A stretch of DNA of 19,175 bases, taken from assembly GCA_038858525.1 (NCBI GenBank), contig JAWCFL010000028.1:1-19175 (forward strand), given 5' to 3'. Of the stretch, positions 1 through 7,651 are shown piece after piece. Source of the DNA: Candidatus Jordarchaeales archaeon (lineage in GTDB: Archaea; Asgardarchaeota; Jordiarchaeia; Jordiarchaeales; Freyrarchaeaceae). Position 1 is the stretch's first letter. Each line of letters begins with the position of its first letter. Made by a program: the position numbers and the translations under genes. The notes beneath the pieces are model-generated. The model did no database searches. It was given only the letters and a program-made list of their open reading frames with translations, and was not told the origin of the DNA.

Positions 1-1
1 T

Positions 2-406
2 TCAACGTTGCCTTTTAATGTTCCTCTTTATGAACCCTATTACTTCCTCCGTCATAGTTCCGGGGCCAAACACCTCCGCTATGCCAACCTCCTTAAGCTT
101 GGGAACATCCTCATCCGGTATTATCCCGCCAGCTATGACGAGCACGTCATCCACCCCGTTTTTCCGCAGAAGCTCCATCACCCTTGGAAGCAAGGTCATA
201 TGCGCACCGGAGAGTATGCTCAAGCAGAGGACGTCCACATCCTCCTGAATGACCGTTTCAACTATTTGCTCCGGCGTCTGCCTCAACCCGGTGTATATGA
301 CCTCAAAGCCGGCATCCCTGAGCGCAGCAGCGATTATTTTCGCTCCCCTATCATGGGAGTCGAGCCCCGGCTTAGCGACGAGCACCCTCACCCTTCTTCC
401 GCTCAC
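2..406 (-). CDS. Cobalamin (B12)-binding small subunit of an acyl-CoA mutase (IcmB / MCM C-terminal-domain type), 134 aa
   Basis: [13 protein letters not shown] carries the base-off/His-on DxHxxG motif, plus SILSGAH and GGIIP motifs. GTG start with GGGAGG 8 nt upstream; TGA at 2-4; 13 bp downstream of the large subunit. Confidence 0.95.
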   Translation of the reverse strand: MSGRRVRVLVAKPGLDSHDRGAKIIAAALRDAGFEVIYTGLRQTPEQIVETVIQEDVDVLCLSILSGAHMTLLPRVMELLRKNGVDDVLVIAGGIIPDEDVPKLKEVGIAEVFGPGTMTEEVIGFIKRNIKRQR

Positions 407-419
407 CGTTTCAGCCTCC

Positions 420-2099
420 CTAGAACACTATCAGCTCCTGATATTCCCCATAAACCTCTTTCAGAGTCTTTGTTATTTCTCCTATGCTGGCATAGACCTT
501 AACCGCGTCAAGTATATAAGGCATAAGGTTCTCATCCCTCTCCGCCGCCCTCCTCAGAGCTGCAAGTCTCTCCTCGACCCTGCCATTGTCCCTCTCCGCC
601 TTAACCCTTCTCAACCTTTCAACTTGTAGCCTCTCTACCTCTTCATCTATCCTCAATATCGGAACCTTAACCTTCTCATCCAAAGCGTACTTGTTGACTC
701 CAACCACAACTCTCTCCCCTCTCTCTATTTCCTGCTGGTACCTTCTGGCGCTCTCAGCAATCTCCCTCTGGAAAAACCCTTTCTTGATGCCCTCCACGAC
801 TCCGCCCATCTTCTCTATTCTATCAAGGTACCTGAAAGTCTCCTCAACCAACCTTTCGGTGAGCCACTCGACGTAGTAGGAGCCGCCGAGCGGGTCAACA
901 GTGCTGCACACCCCGCTTTCGTAAGCTATGATCTGCTGTGTTCTAAGAGAGACCCTGACAGCCTCCTCCGTCGGCAACGCTAAAGCTTCGTCGTACGAGT
1001 TTGCGTGAAGCGACTGTGCGCCTCCTAGAACAGCCGCCAGCGCCTGAATAGTAACCCTAACAATGTTGTTGAGGGGCTGCTGAGCTGTGAGGGTGCACCC
1101 TGACGTCTGAACGTGCATCCTAAGCCACATTGAGCGTTCCTTCTTAGCGTTAAACCTTTCCTTCATCAGAATAGCCCAGACCTTCCTTGCCGCTCTAAAC
1201 TTAGCTATTTCCTCAAAAAAGTCGTTGTGCGACGCGAAAAAGAACGATAGCCGAGGTGCGAACTCGTCTACGTCTAACCCTCTCTCCATGGTAGCCTCAA
1301 CATATGTTACGCCGTCAGCTATGGTGAATGCCAGCTCCTGGAGGGCTGTCGCCCCTGCTTCACGTATATGATAGCCGCTTATGCTTATAGGGTTCCACTT
1401 AGGCATTTTCCTAGTGCAGTACTCTATTAGGTCAACCGAGAGCTTAAGTGCGGCTTCAGGGGGGAATATGCAGAGCTTCTGAGCGATGAACTCCTTCAAG
1501 TTGTCGTTTTGCGTCGTTCCGCCCAGCTTCTCCATAGGAACCCCCTGCTTTTCACCCACTGCCACGTACATCGATAAGAGAATAGGGGCAGGCATGTTTA
1601 TAGTCATTGAAGTGGTCACCTTGTCAAGAGGTATGCCGTCGAAAAGCATCTCCATGTCCTTCAGCGTCGAGACCGCCACGCCGCACCTTCCAACCTCACC
1701 CATAGAAAGCGGATCATCCGAGTCAAGCCCCATAATGGTAGGGTAGTCGAAGGCGACGCTCAGCCCTGTCTCCCCCTCGCTCAGCAAGTACTTGAAGCGC
1801 TTATTAGTGTCCTCAGCAGTCCCGAAGCCTGAGAACTGCCGCATCGTCCATATCCTGCTTCTGTACATGGTTGCATGGATGCCACGCGTGAACGGGTACT
1901 CTCCTGGAAATCCTAAATCACGCAGGTAGTCAAGTCCAGCTACATCCTCCGGTGTGTAAACGGGATTAACCTCGAACCCCGACGAAACCCTAAAGTTTTC
2001 CTCCCTCTCAGGAAGCGCCTCAAGCCACTTGCTGCGCGTCTCACGTTCCCATTTCTCCCTCGCCTTACTCAATTCACCCATCTTCCTTTCATCAAACAT
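420..2099 (-). CDS. B12-dependent acyl-CoA mutase large (substrate-binding TIM barrel) subunit with isobutyryl-CoA mutase-like specificity residues, 559 aa
   Basis: Motifs [65 protein letters not shown] and [11 protein letters not shown] moved the start from 2192 to ATG 2099, which has GGAGGG/GGTG upstream; the extra 31 aa are not family-like. Confidence 0.95.
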   Translation of the reverse strand: MFDERKMGELSKAREKWERETRSKWLEALPEREENFRVSSGFEVNPVYTPEDVAGLDYLRDLGFPGEYPFTRGIHATMYRSRIWTMRQFSGFGTAEDTNKRFKYLLSEGETGLSVAFDYPTIMGLDSDDPLSMGEVGRCGVAVSTLKDMEMLFDGIPLDKVTTSMTINMPAPILLSMYVAVGEKQGVPMEKLGGTTQNDNLKEFIAQKLCIFPPEAALKLSVDLIEYCTRKMPKWNPISISGYHIREAGATALQELAFTIADGVTYVEATMERGLDVDEFAPRLSFFFASHNDFFEEIAKFRAARKVWAILMKERFNAKKERSMWLRMHVQTSGCTLTAQQPLNNIVRVTIQALAAVLGGAQSLHANSYDEALALPTEEAVRVSLRTQQIIAYESGVCSTVDPLGGSYYVEWLTERLVEETFRYLDRIEKMGGVVEGIKKGFFQREIAESARRYQQEIERGERVVVGVNKYALDEKVKVPILRIDEEVERLQVERLRRVKAERDNGRVEERLAALRRAAERDENLMPYILDAVKVYASIGEITKTLKEVYGEYQELIVF

Positions 2100-2143
2100 C
2101 ACCAAACCCTCCACACTAACAAGCAAAAAATCGTCTTCAACAC

Positions 2144-2157
2144 TAATAAAGCGTTTG
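2144..2157 (-). promoter_or_regulatory. Putative BRE/TATA promoter of the mutase operon
   Basis: The minus strand reads caaacg-CTTTATTA about 45 nt upstream of ATG 2099. A T-rich tract (ttaattttctattttt) lies further upstream, after the flavin reductase stop. Confidence 0.4.
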
Positions 2158-2255
2158 ACGCAACACTCCACTGACGATAACAAGGGAGACAAGTAAAAAT
2201 AGAAAATTAAGAACGAAGTGGAAGGATGAAATAGGCTGTTCTCTACGCTTCTTAC

Positions 2256-2771
2256 TCATTTTCCAGGTTCCTTGATGTATGTGGCCGCTTTCTCCGGCGT
2301 CTTCCCCTGTTTCACTTCGTGATAATAGGCGTACGTCATGGGTTCCGCATCGTTCAGAATTTCCGCGTCAACAACCCTTCCGATGAATATTGTGTGGGTT
2401 CCAACATCCACGCTGCTGACAACCTTTGCTTCGACGTATCCTACAGTGTTCTCAAGGACGATGGGTGCTCCCGTCACGCCAAGCTTATACTTTACGTTCT
2501 CGAATTTTTTTATCTCTTTTCCTGTTCTGAAGCCGAATATCCCAATGAACTTTAAAGGTGTGTCCCTTGTCAGAATCGAGACAGAAAAAACTCCACTCTT
2601 CCTGATAAACTCATGCGTCAAGTTCTGCTTGTTTATGCTTACAGCTATAGTAGGCGGGTCAGCTGTAACCTGGAAAACCGTGTTGGCTATCTGGCCATTG
2701 AGCTCCCCATTATTCCTCGAAGCGACAATATACAACCCGTAGCTGATCTTGTGAAGCGTCTTCAAGTTCAT
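2256..2771 (-). CDS. Flavin reductase-like FMN-binding split-barrel protein (flavoredoxin / Hrb N-terminal-domain type), 171 aa
   Basis: ISYGLYIV, NGQIANTVFQVT, PPTIAVSINK, NLTHEFI, GTHTIFIG and PMTYAYYH are typical of this family. ATG with GAGGGG upstream. No C-terminal rubredoxin CxxC motifs. Confidence 0.9.
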   Translation of the reverse strand: MNLKTLHKISYGLYIVASRNNGELNGQIANTVFQVTADPPTIAVSINKQNLTHEFIRKSGVFSVSILTRDTPLKFIGIFGFRTGKEIKKFENVKYKLGVTGAPIVLENTVGYVEAKVVSSVDVGTHTIFIGRVVDAEILNDAEPMTYAYYHEVKQGKTPEKAATYIKEPGK

Positions 2772-2818
2772 CTGGTTGCCCCCTCAACAACGTTCCTCTA
2801 AAATGAGGGAGGGTTTCG

Positions 2819-2832
2819 TTTTTAAACTTTCC
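2819..2832 (-). promoter_or_regulatory. Putative BRE/TATA promoter of the flavin reductase gene
   Basis: The minus strand reads GGAAAG-TTTAAAAA, 48 nt upstream of ATG 2771. Confidence 0.5.
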
Positions 2833-2917
2833 TGAAGTAGCTGTAGACTTTTACGCCTATACTTGATAACCTCATGTAGAGCATGTATAAATAGAAGCGA
2901 TCTCCAACTCTACGCGG

Positions 2918-2925
2918 TTTAAATA
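2918..2925 (+). promoter_or_regulatory. Putative TATA box for the TPP-creatininase unit
   Basis: TTTAAATA; an ATG lies 22 nt after it (2948). A second TATAAATA lies at 2886-2893. Confidence 0.4.
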
Positions 2926-3022
2926 TGCGCCGTGGTGGACGCATTACATGATGAGGAGTTTAATTAGGTATGCGCTAAGAACTAACACGAGAATGTGGTA
3001 TGTGAGGAGGTTATGAGACGTC

Positions 3023-3943
3023 GTGACTTTGAAGCGGGTGAGCGCCTTCATGCGCCGACTGTTCAGGGCTGGGGAGTTTTGGCGCGTCTTTTTCCAGGAA
3101 AATTTTGCTCTTGAATTAGTGGACATTTTGATCGGCGAATACAGGAAAAGCGAGCGCAGACTAATACTGCTGGATTATGATGGAACGCTGGTGCCATTCG
3201 CAGATAAGCCTAGCGACGCTGAGCCTGATGAAGACCTCCTCGAGTTGCTTGGGTCGCTTGCTCGTGATGATAGGAATGAAGTCGTCATAGTTAGCGGCCG
3301 AGACAGAAGTTTCCTGGAAAAGTGGTTTGGAGGAAGGCAGTTAGGGTTGGTGGCTGAGCATGGAGCTTGGGTTAGAGTGAAGGGCGCCGGCTGGCGGCTT
3401 ACTGGACCACTGGAAGATGGCTGGAAGAGGGAGGTTTTCCCGCTTCTCGAAGAATGCGTTAAAAACACCCCGGGCTCCTTCATAGAGGAGAAGAGTTTTT
3501 CGTTGGTCTGGCACTACAGGAAAGCTGACCCCCTCGTTGGGAGGATGAGGGCTAGATCGCTTAAAGAGAAGCTTACGAGTCTCGCCGCCCGCCTCGGGCT
3601 GGAAGTGTCTGAGGGGAACATGGTGGTGGAGGTCAAGAACTTGGGGGTGAACAAGGGACGCGCCGTCCTATACTGGACTTCGAAGGCTGACTGGGACTTT
3701 ATACTAGCTATCGGGGACGACGTAACCGACGAGGACATGTTCGCCGCCCTTCCAAGCCAAAGCTACTCCGTAAAGGTTGGAGTACCCCCCTCCCAAGCCA
3801 AATTCTTCGTTAGGTCGGTTGAGGATGTGAGAACTATCCTAAGAGGGCTCGCTGAGTCATCCATGCATTCTCACGCACATGATAACGTGCATCATAAAAA
3901 GAGGATTTTTTCATGGTTTCTTGAAGGAGGTGCCACTGGTTGA
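3023..3943 (+). CDS. otsB: Trehalose-6-phosphate phosphatase-like HAD (class IIB) domain of the type found in bifunctional TPS/TPP enzymes; start uncertain (3023, 3050 or 3119)
   Basis: All HAD motifs are intact: LLDYDGTL, VSGR, AEHG, EEKSFSLVWHYR, NKG and GDDVTDEDMF. No TPS (otsA) domain in the window. Confidence 0.88.
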   Translation: MTLKRVSAFMRRLFRAGEFWRVFFQENFALELVDILIGEYRKSERRLILLDYDGTLVPFADKPSDAEPDEDLLELLGSLARDDRNEVVIVSGRDRSFLEKWFGGRQLGLVAEHGAWVRVKGAGWRLTGPLEDGWKREVFPLLEECVKNTPGSFIEEKSFSLVWHYRKADPLVGRMRARSLKEKLTSLAARLGLEVSEGNMVVEVKNLGVNKGRAVLYWTSKADWDFILAIGDDVTDEDMFAALPSQSYSVKVGVPPSQAKFFVRSVEDVRTILRGLAESSMHSHAHDNVHHKKRIFSWFLEGGATG

Positions 3944-4746
3944 AGGTTTTCCTGCACGAGATGACTTATCCCGAGGTCAGCCACAAAGCCGAAGAAGACA
4001 CCGTGATTGTAATACCCGTAGGTAGCATAGAGCAGCACGGGGTTCATCTTCCTCTTGGAACAGACTTATTCATCGCTCTTGAAATCTCCAGGAGGTTGGC
4101 TGAGAAGACGGGCTCCATAGTGGCTCCAGCTTTATGGGTGGGTTTCTCTGAGGAGCACATGGCCTTCAAGGGAACTATAACGCTGGAAGGTGAAACGCTG
4201 GTAAGAGTGATACGTGACGTTATTAGAAGCCTGTCCTCTCATGGATTCAGGAAGTTCGTGGTCGTAAATGCGCATGGAGGCAACGACGCACATCTCAGGT
4301 CAGCTGTTCTTGACGCAAACCTTAACCTAAACGTCGACGTCCTCTACGTAGGACCAAACGAAATTTCATCCCTCCTACCTCGAGAACTTCAGCGTGAACT
4401 GGAGGAAAACATTGACCTTCATGCGGGCATCCTAGAGACCAGCATAATCAACCTCATACGCCCCGACCTCGTCCGGAGAGACCGTCCATCTAAGCCAAAG
4501 CTAACCCTCAGAAAACCCCTCCTCGAAGCCCTAGAACTCGTAAAGGATAACCCTACGCTCAGGGCAAGCGTCCTTTCCAGCTTTCTTACAAGGTTCGACA
4601 AGCTTTCAGATAACGGCTCCCTCACGCTGGCCGACCCACTAAGCCATTGGGACGAGTCTGAAACGGAGAAAGCGCTGGAGGAACTCGCTGTGAAACTCGC
4701 CGAAATAGTGGAGAAATGGAAGATTGCCGGGCGCGTAGATAATTAA
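3940..4746 (+). CDS. Creatininase-family metal-dependent amidohydrolase (creatininase/ArfB/MftE family), 268 aa
   Basis: Motifs PVGSIEQHGVHLPLGTD, GFSEEH, NAHGGN and HAGILETS. The TTG start overlaps the TPP stop (TTGA), with GGAGGTG upstream. Confidence 0.93.
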   Translation: MKVFLHEMTYPEVSHKAEEDTVIVIPVGSIEQHGVHLPLGTDLFIALEISRRLAEKTGSIVAPALWVGFSEEHMAFKGTITLEGETLVRVIRDVIRSLSSHGFRKFVVVNAHGGNDAHLRSAVLDANLNLNVDVLYVGPNEISSLLPRELQRELEENIDLHAGILETSIINLIRPDLVRRDRPSKPKLTLRKPLLEALELVKDNPTLRASVLSSFLTRFDKLSDNGSLTLADPLSHWDESETEKALEELAVKLAEIVEKWKIAGRVDN

Positions 4747-4753
4747 AAGACCT

Positions 4754-4786
4754 AGCGTAAACCTTAAGGTGGAATAAGGTTTAGCT
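4754..4786. repeat. Inverted repeat (operator or hairpin) between the creatininase and GNAT genes
   Basis: TAAACCTTA (4758-4766) and TAAGGTTTA (4775-4783) are perfect 9-bp arms with an 8-nt spacer, extendable by AGC/GCT across one bulge. It contains the perfect palindrome ACCTTAAGGT (4761-4770). The repeat is seen directly; its function is inferred. Confidence 0.6.
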
Positions 4787-4813
4787 CTCACTGAAATGTG
4801 GAGGGAGTCACTC

Positions 4814-5275
4814 GTGAAGATTAAGATACGAAACTATCAGCCGTCGGACAGCGATGACACGATGCTTCTCATGAGAACTCTTGCGAACGAGGTGGGCCTT
4901 TCATTCAACCCTGAAAAGTGGCGCGAGTCTGATTACCTGCGCGTTTTCAGTCCAGGGTTAAGGAGGCAGACGCTGGTAGCTGAGGATGAGGAAACGAGGA
5001 GAGTCGTAGGCATGGGGATGGTTGAAGCACGCCTCGAGCCCACAGGCCACTTCGTCGGCTACTTGACAAACTGGGTTGTGGACAAAAAATACAGGGACAA
5101 GGGAGTAGGAAAGATGCTTGCTGAGGCAGCCATAGAAATACTCTCAAAGCTTAAAGTGGACGCCATACGTGTCGACGTCGGCATGAACTTCGTCGACAAG
5201 CTCTCTGAAAGACTTAAAAAGTTGGGCTTCACCCCCGTCTACGTTGTTTTCGAAAAGAAAATTAATGCACGTTAA
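4814..5275 (+). CDS. GNAT-family N-acetyltransferase, about 153 aa
   Basis: Acetyl-CoA-binding motif VVDKKYRDKGVGKMLAEAA, N-terminal IKIRNY strand and C-terminal KKLGF. I prefer GTG 4814 (GGAGGGAG upstream) over ATG 4796. Confidence 0.88.
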   Translation: MKIKIRNYQPSDSDDTMLLMRTLANEVGLSFNPEKWRESDYLRVFSPGLRRQTLVAEDEETRRVVGMGMVEARLEPTGHFVGYLTNWVVDKKYRDKGVGKMLAEAAIEILSKLKVDAIRVDVGMNFVDKLSERLKKLGFTPVYVVFEKKINAR

Positions 5276-5289
5276 CTGGGGGCATCGTT

Positions 5290-5658
5290 TTGAACGAGAA
5301 GCCCGTCTATGGAATAGAGTGGAATGACCTAGTCATCGACTACGAGCAGCCGATAAGCGACGAGGTTCTCAAGTCGATGACGCTCACACAGCTGTTCGAG
5401 ATGGTCGAGCACATGGAGTACGTCTATTTTTATTATCGCAGTGACGCATACTGGGCTGAGAAGGGAAACTGGAGTCAGTTCGAGGAAAACTTCAAGAAGG
5501 TGCACTTTCTCCTCATCTCGGCTAGGTTGACCCCAAACCATTACAGGAAATGGGCTGAAGGAAAACTTTCATACGCTAACCTAACATACAAGGAGCACAT
5601 GAAAAGAATAATGGAAGATGGTAAATATTTTGCAAAAGTCGTCGAGGACGGGTTTTAA
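5290..5658 (+). CDS. Hypothetical protein, 122 aa, aromatic-rich, no recognised family
   Basis: It fills the gap between GNAT (14 bp away) and the MBL gene (TAATG 1-bp overlap). TTG start with GGGGG upstream; codon style matches its neighbours. Confidence 0.75.
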   Translation: MNEKPVYGIEWNDLVIDYEQPISDEVLKSMTLTQLFEMVEHMEYVYFYYRSDAYWAEKGNWSQFEENFKKVHFLLISARLTPNHYRKWAEGKLSYANLTYKEHMKRIMEDGKYFAKVVEDGF

Positions 5659-6575
5659 TGCAAACAGTCGAACTCTGCAGGGGAATAATCCTTGTTGAGG
5701 GGGAAAGAGGTGGAAAATATCCCTCATCAAACTCTCTCCTAGTAGGAGAGGAAAGTTTCATACTGGTCGACACAGGCTTCTCCCTCTCACCCCAAGCAGT
5801 CAAAGAACTTAAGGAAAATTTTCGAGTTGAGGCAGTGGTTAACTCACACTGCCACGAAGACCACATACTCATGAACCACTTGTTCCAAGATGCGCAGATA
5901 TGCTGCCACAGGCTTGACGCTCCCGCCGTGAGAAGCGTAACTGAACTCAACAACAGATACTTCACCCCAAAAGACAGAGAGCTGGCAAAGCTAGGCGAGC
6001 AATTCCTCCGCGTTCTCCTCAACCTTAAAGACTCGAAAGTTGACTTCGAGTTCGAAAACGGATACACGTTCAACTTAGACGTCACAAAGATGACAGTCCT
6101 ATATGCCCCAGGGCACTCCGCGGGACACTGCTGTTTCTATTTCCCAAGAGAAAAAGTGGTTTTCCTATCCGATTACGACCTTACTTCGTTTGGACCATGG
6201 TATGGGGGAACAGATTCAAGCCTTACAGAAACGTTATCATCGGTAGAGAAGTTGAAGTCGCTCGAAGCGGAAGTAGCTGTCACAAGCCACAGGAAAGACC
6301 CCATCAGGGGACACGATGAAATACTAAAACTAATCGAAGAATATGTCTCAAAGATTCAGGAGAGAGAGAAACAAATACTTGACGCGCTTAGGGGGCGATG
6401 GATGAGCGCAGACGAACTAGCAGACCTAGCCATAATATACAGGCGCTTCCCGGAACCGAAAGACCTCTTCAAGGTCAGCGAAAGAATAATGATAGAGAAA
6501 CACCTAGAAGCCCTGCTCGAAAAGGGAAAAGTGAAAAAGCAAGGCGACAAATTCACGGCAGCAAACGACCAATAA
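5658..6575 (+). CDS. Metallo-beta-lactamase-fold hydrolase with a C-terminal winged-helix-like extension, 305 aa
   Basis: HCHEDH (HxHxDH), PGHSAGH, SD and TSH metal motifs. The C-terminus IEKHLEALLEKGKV is wHTH-like. Confidence 0.92.
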   Translation: MQTVELCRGIILVEGERGGKYPSSNSLLVGEESFILVDTGFSLSPQAVKELKENFRVEAVVNSHCHEDHILMNHLFQDAQICCHRLDAPAVRSVTELNNRYFTPKDRELAKLGEQFLRVLLNLKDSKVDFEFENGYTFNLDVTKMTVLYAPGHSAGHCCFYFPREKVVFLSDYDLTSFGPWYGGTDSSLTETLSSVEKLKSLEAEVAVTSHRKDPIRGHDEILKLIEEYVSKIQEREKQILDALRGRWMSADELADLAIIYRRFPEPKDLFKVSERIMIEKHLEALLEKGKVKKQGDKFTAANDQ

Positions 6576-6711
6576 AATTACCATACGTGATTACTTTTCA
6601 CGAGGCAACCGCATCAACCCCGAACGAACACGAGAACTCGCAAAAATAAGTAACAGAAGAATTGGAAAAACATACTCACACATTTTTTAGATTCCACTCT
6701 CATTCTAATTT

Positions 6712-6727
6712 AGGTTTATAAAGACCT
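6712..6727 (+). promoter_or_regulatory. Putative TATA box of the methyltransferase gene, inside a near-palindrome
   Basis: TTTATAAA (6715-6722) flanked by AGGT and ACCT. Confidence 0.4.
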
Positions 6728-6756
6728 GATGCAAAGATCATATCAGAACAAGTCTG

Positions 6757-6770
6757 GAACATGGGTGTTC
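6757..6770. promoter_or_regulatory. Palindromic operator candidate GAACA-N4-TGTTC, copy 1
   Basis: GAACATGGGTGTTC, 32 bp upstream of the MTase start; 12/14 identical to the copy at 12140. Confidence 0.45.
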
Positions 6771-6802
6771 GTCTTAGTTTAAAGTTTTGAAGGGGGTTAC
6801 AC

Positions 6803-7651
6803 GTGAGGGGCGAGAAGAACAGGGTTTACGTTATGGATTGCCTTGAGGGGATGAGGAGTCTTCTCGACGACGGTGAAGTCAGCGTCATCGTCACCTCTCC
6901 GCCATACAATATCGGAGCTAGCTATAACAAGTATGAAGATGTGCTTCCTAGAGAGAAGTACTTGGATTGGATGGAAGAGGTGGCGAGAGAGTGTAGACGC
7001 GTTCTGAGTGATGATGGTTCCTTTTTTCTAAACGTCGGCCATAAGCCCAGCGACTGGTGGGTTCCGCTGGAGGTAGCATTCAGGTTCAGGAAGCACTACG
7101 CCCTCCAAAACGTCATCATCTGGGTTAAGTCCATAGCGATAAGCAAGGCTGACGTAGGAGACTACCCGAACATCAGGGGTGACATAGCAGTTGGCCACTT
7201 CAAGCCTATAGGTGGGAGGCGCTTCCTGAACGACTGCTTCGAATACGTGTTTCACTTCACCAAGAGCGGGGAGGTCGAACTTGACAGGCTGGCAATCGGC
7301 GTGCCGTACCAGGACAAGTCCAACATTGGGAGGTGGAAGGCTGCAACGCAGGATTTGAGGTGCAGAGGCAACACGTGGTTCATACCTTACGAGACAATTC
7401 AGAGACGCGAAAAGCAGAGACCGCACCCAGCAACCTTCCCACCAAAGCTCCCAGAAATGTGCATAAAGCTGCACGGCCTCCGAAAAACCAAGCTTGTCCT
7501 AGACCCATTCATGGGAATAGGAAACACAGCCGTAGCATGCACAAGGCTCGGCGTCGACTGGATAGGCTTCGAAATAGATGAATACTACGCAAGCATAACG
7601 GAGAAAAGAGTCAAAGAAGCCAAGGAAAGTTTACTACAGTTTATTAGGTAA
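6803..7651 (+). CDS. Beta-class N4-cytosine DNA methyltransferase, M.MjaV-like (likely GTAC), 282 aa
   Basis: Motif IV TSPPYN is N-terminal and motif I DPFMGIG is C-terminal, which is the beta order. The segments [39 protein letters not shown] and [18 protein letters not shown] match my recollection of M.MjaV. The specificity is inferred. Confidence 0.93.
   Translation: MRGEKNRVYVMDCLEGMRSLLDDGEVSVIVTSPPYNIGASYNKYEDVLPREKYLDWMEEVARECRRVLSDDGSFFLNVGHKPSDWWVPLEVAFRFRKHYALQNVIIWVKSIAISKADVGDYPNIRGDIAVGHFKPIGGRRFLNDCFEYVFHFTKSGEVELDRLAIGVPYQDKSNIGRWKAATQDLRCRGNTWFIPYETIQRREKQRPHPATFPPKLPEMCIKLHGLRKTKLVLDPFMGIGNTAVACTRLGVDWIGFEIDEYYASITEKRVKEAKESLLQFIR

Noticed and set aside
350-365. DSHDRG instead of DGHDRG in the B12-binding subunit
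   Set aside because: The x in DxHxxG varies among B12 enzymes, and the Asp, His and Gly are intact.
2948-3010. ATGATGA as the C box of a C/D sRNA
   Set aside because: There is no CTGA D box at a suitable distance and no convincing C'/D' pair.
3014-3016. In-frame TGA upstream of TPP as possible selenocysteine or read-through
   Set aside because: It is not at a Cys-equivalent catalytic position and I see no SECIS-like element. A decayed remnant explains it better.
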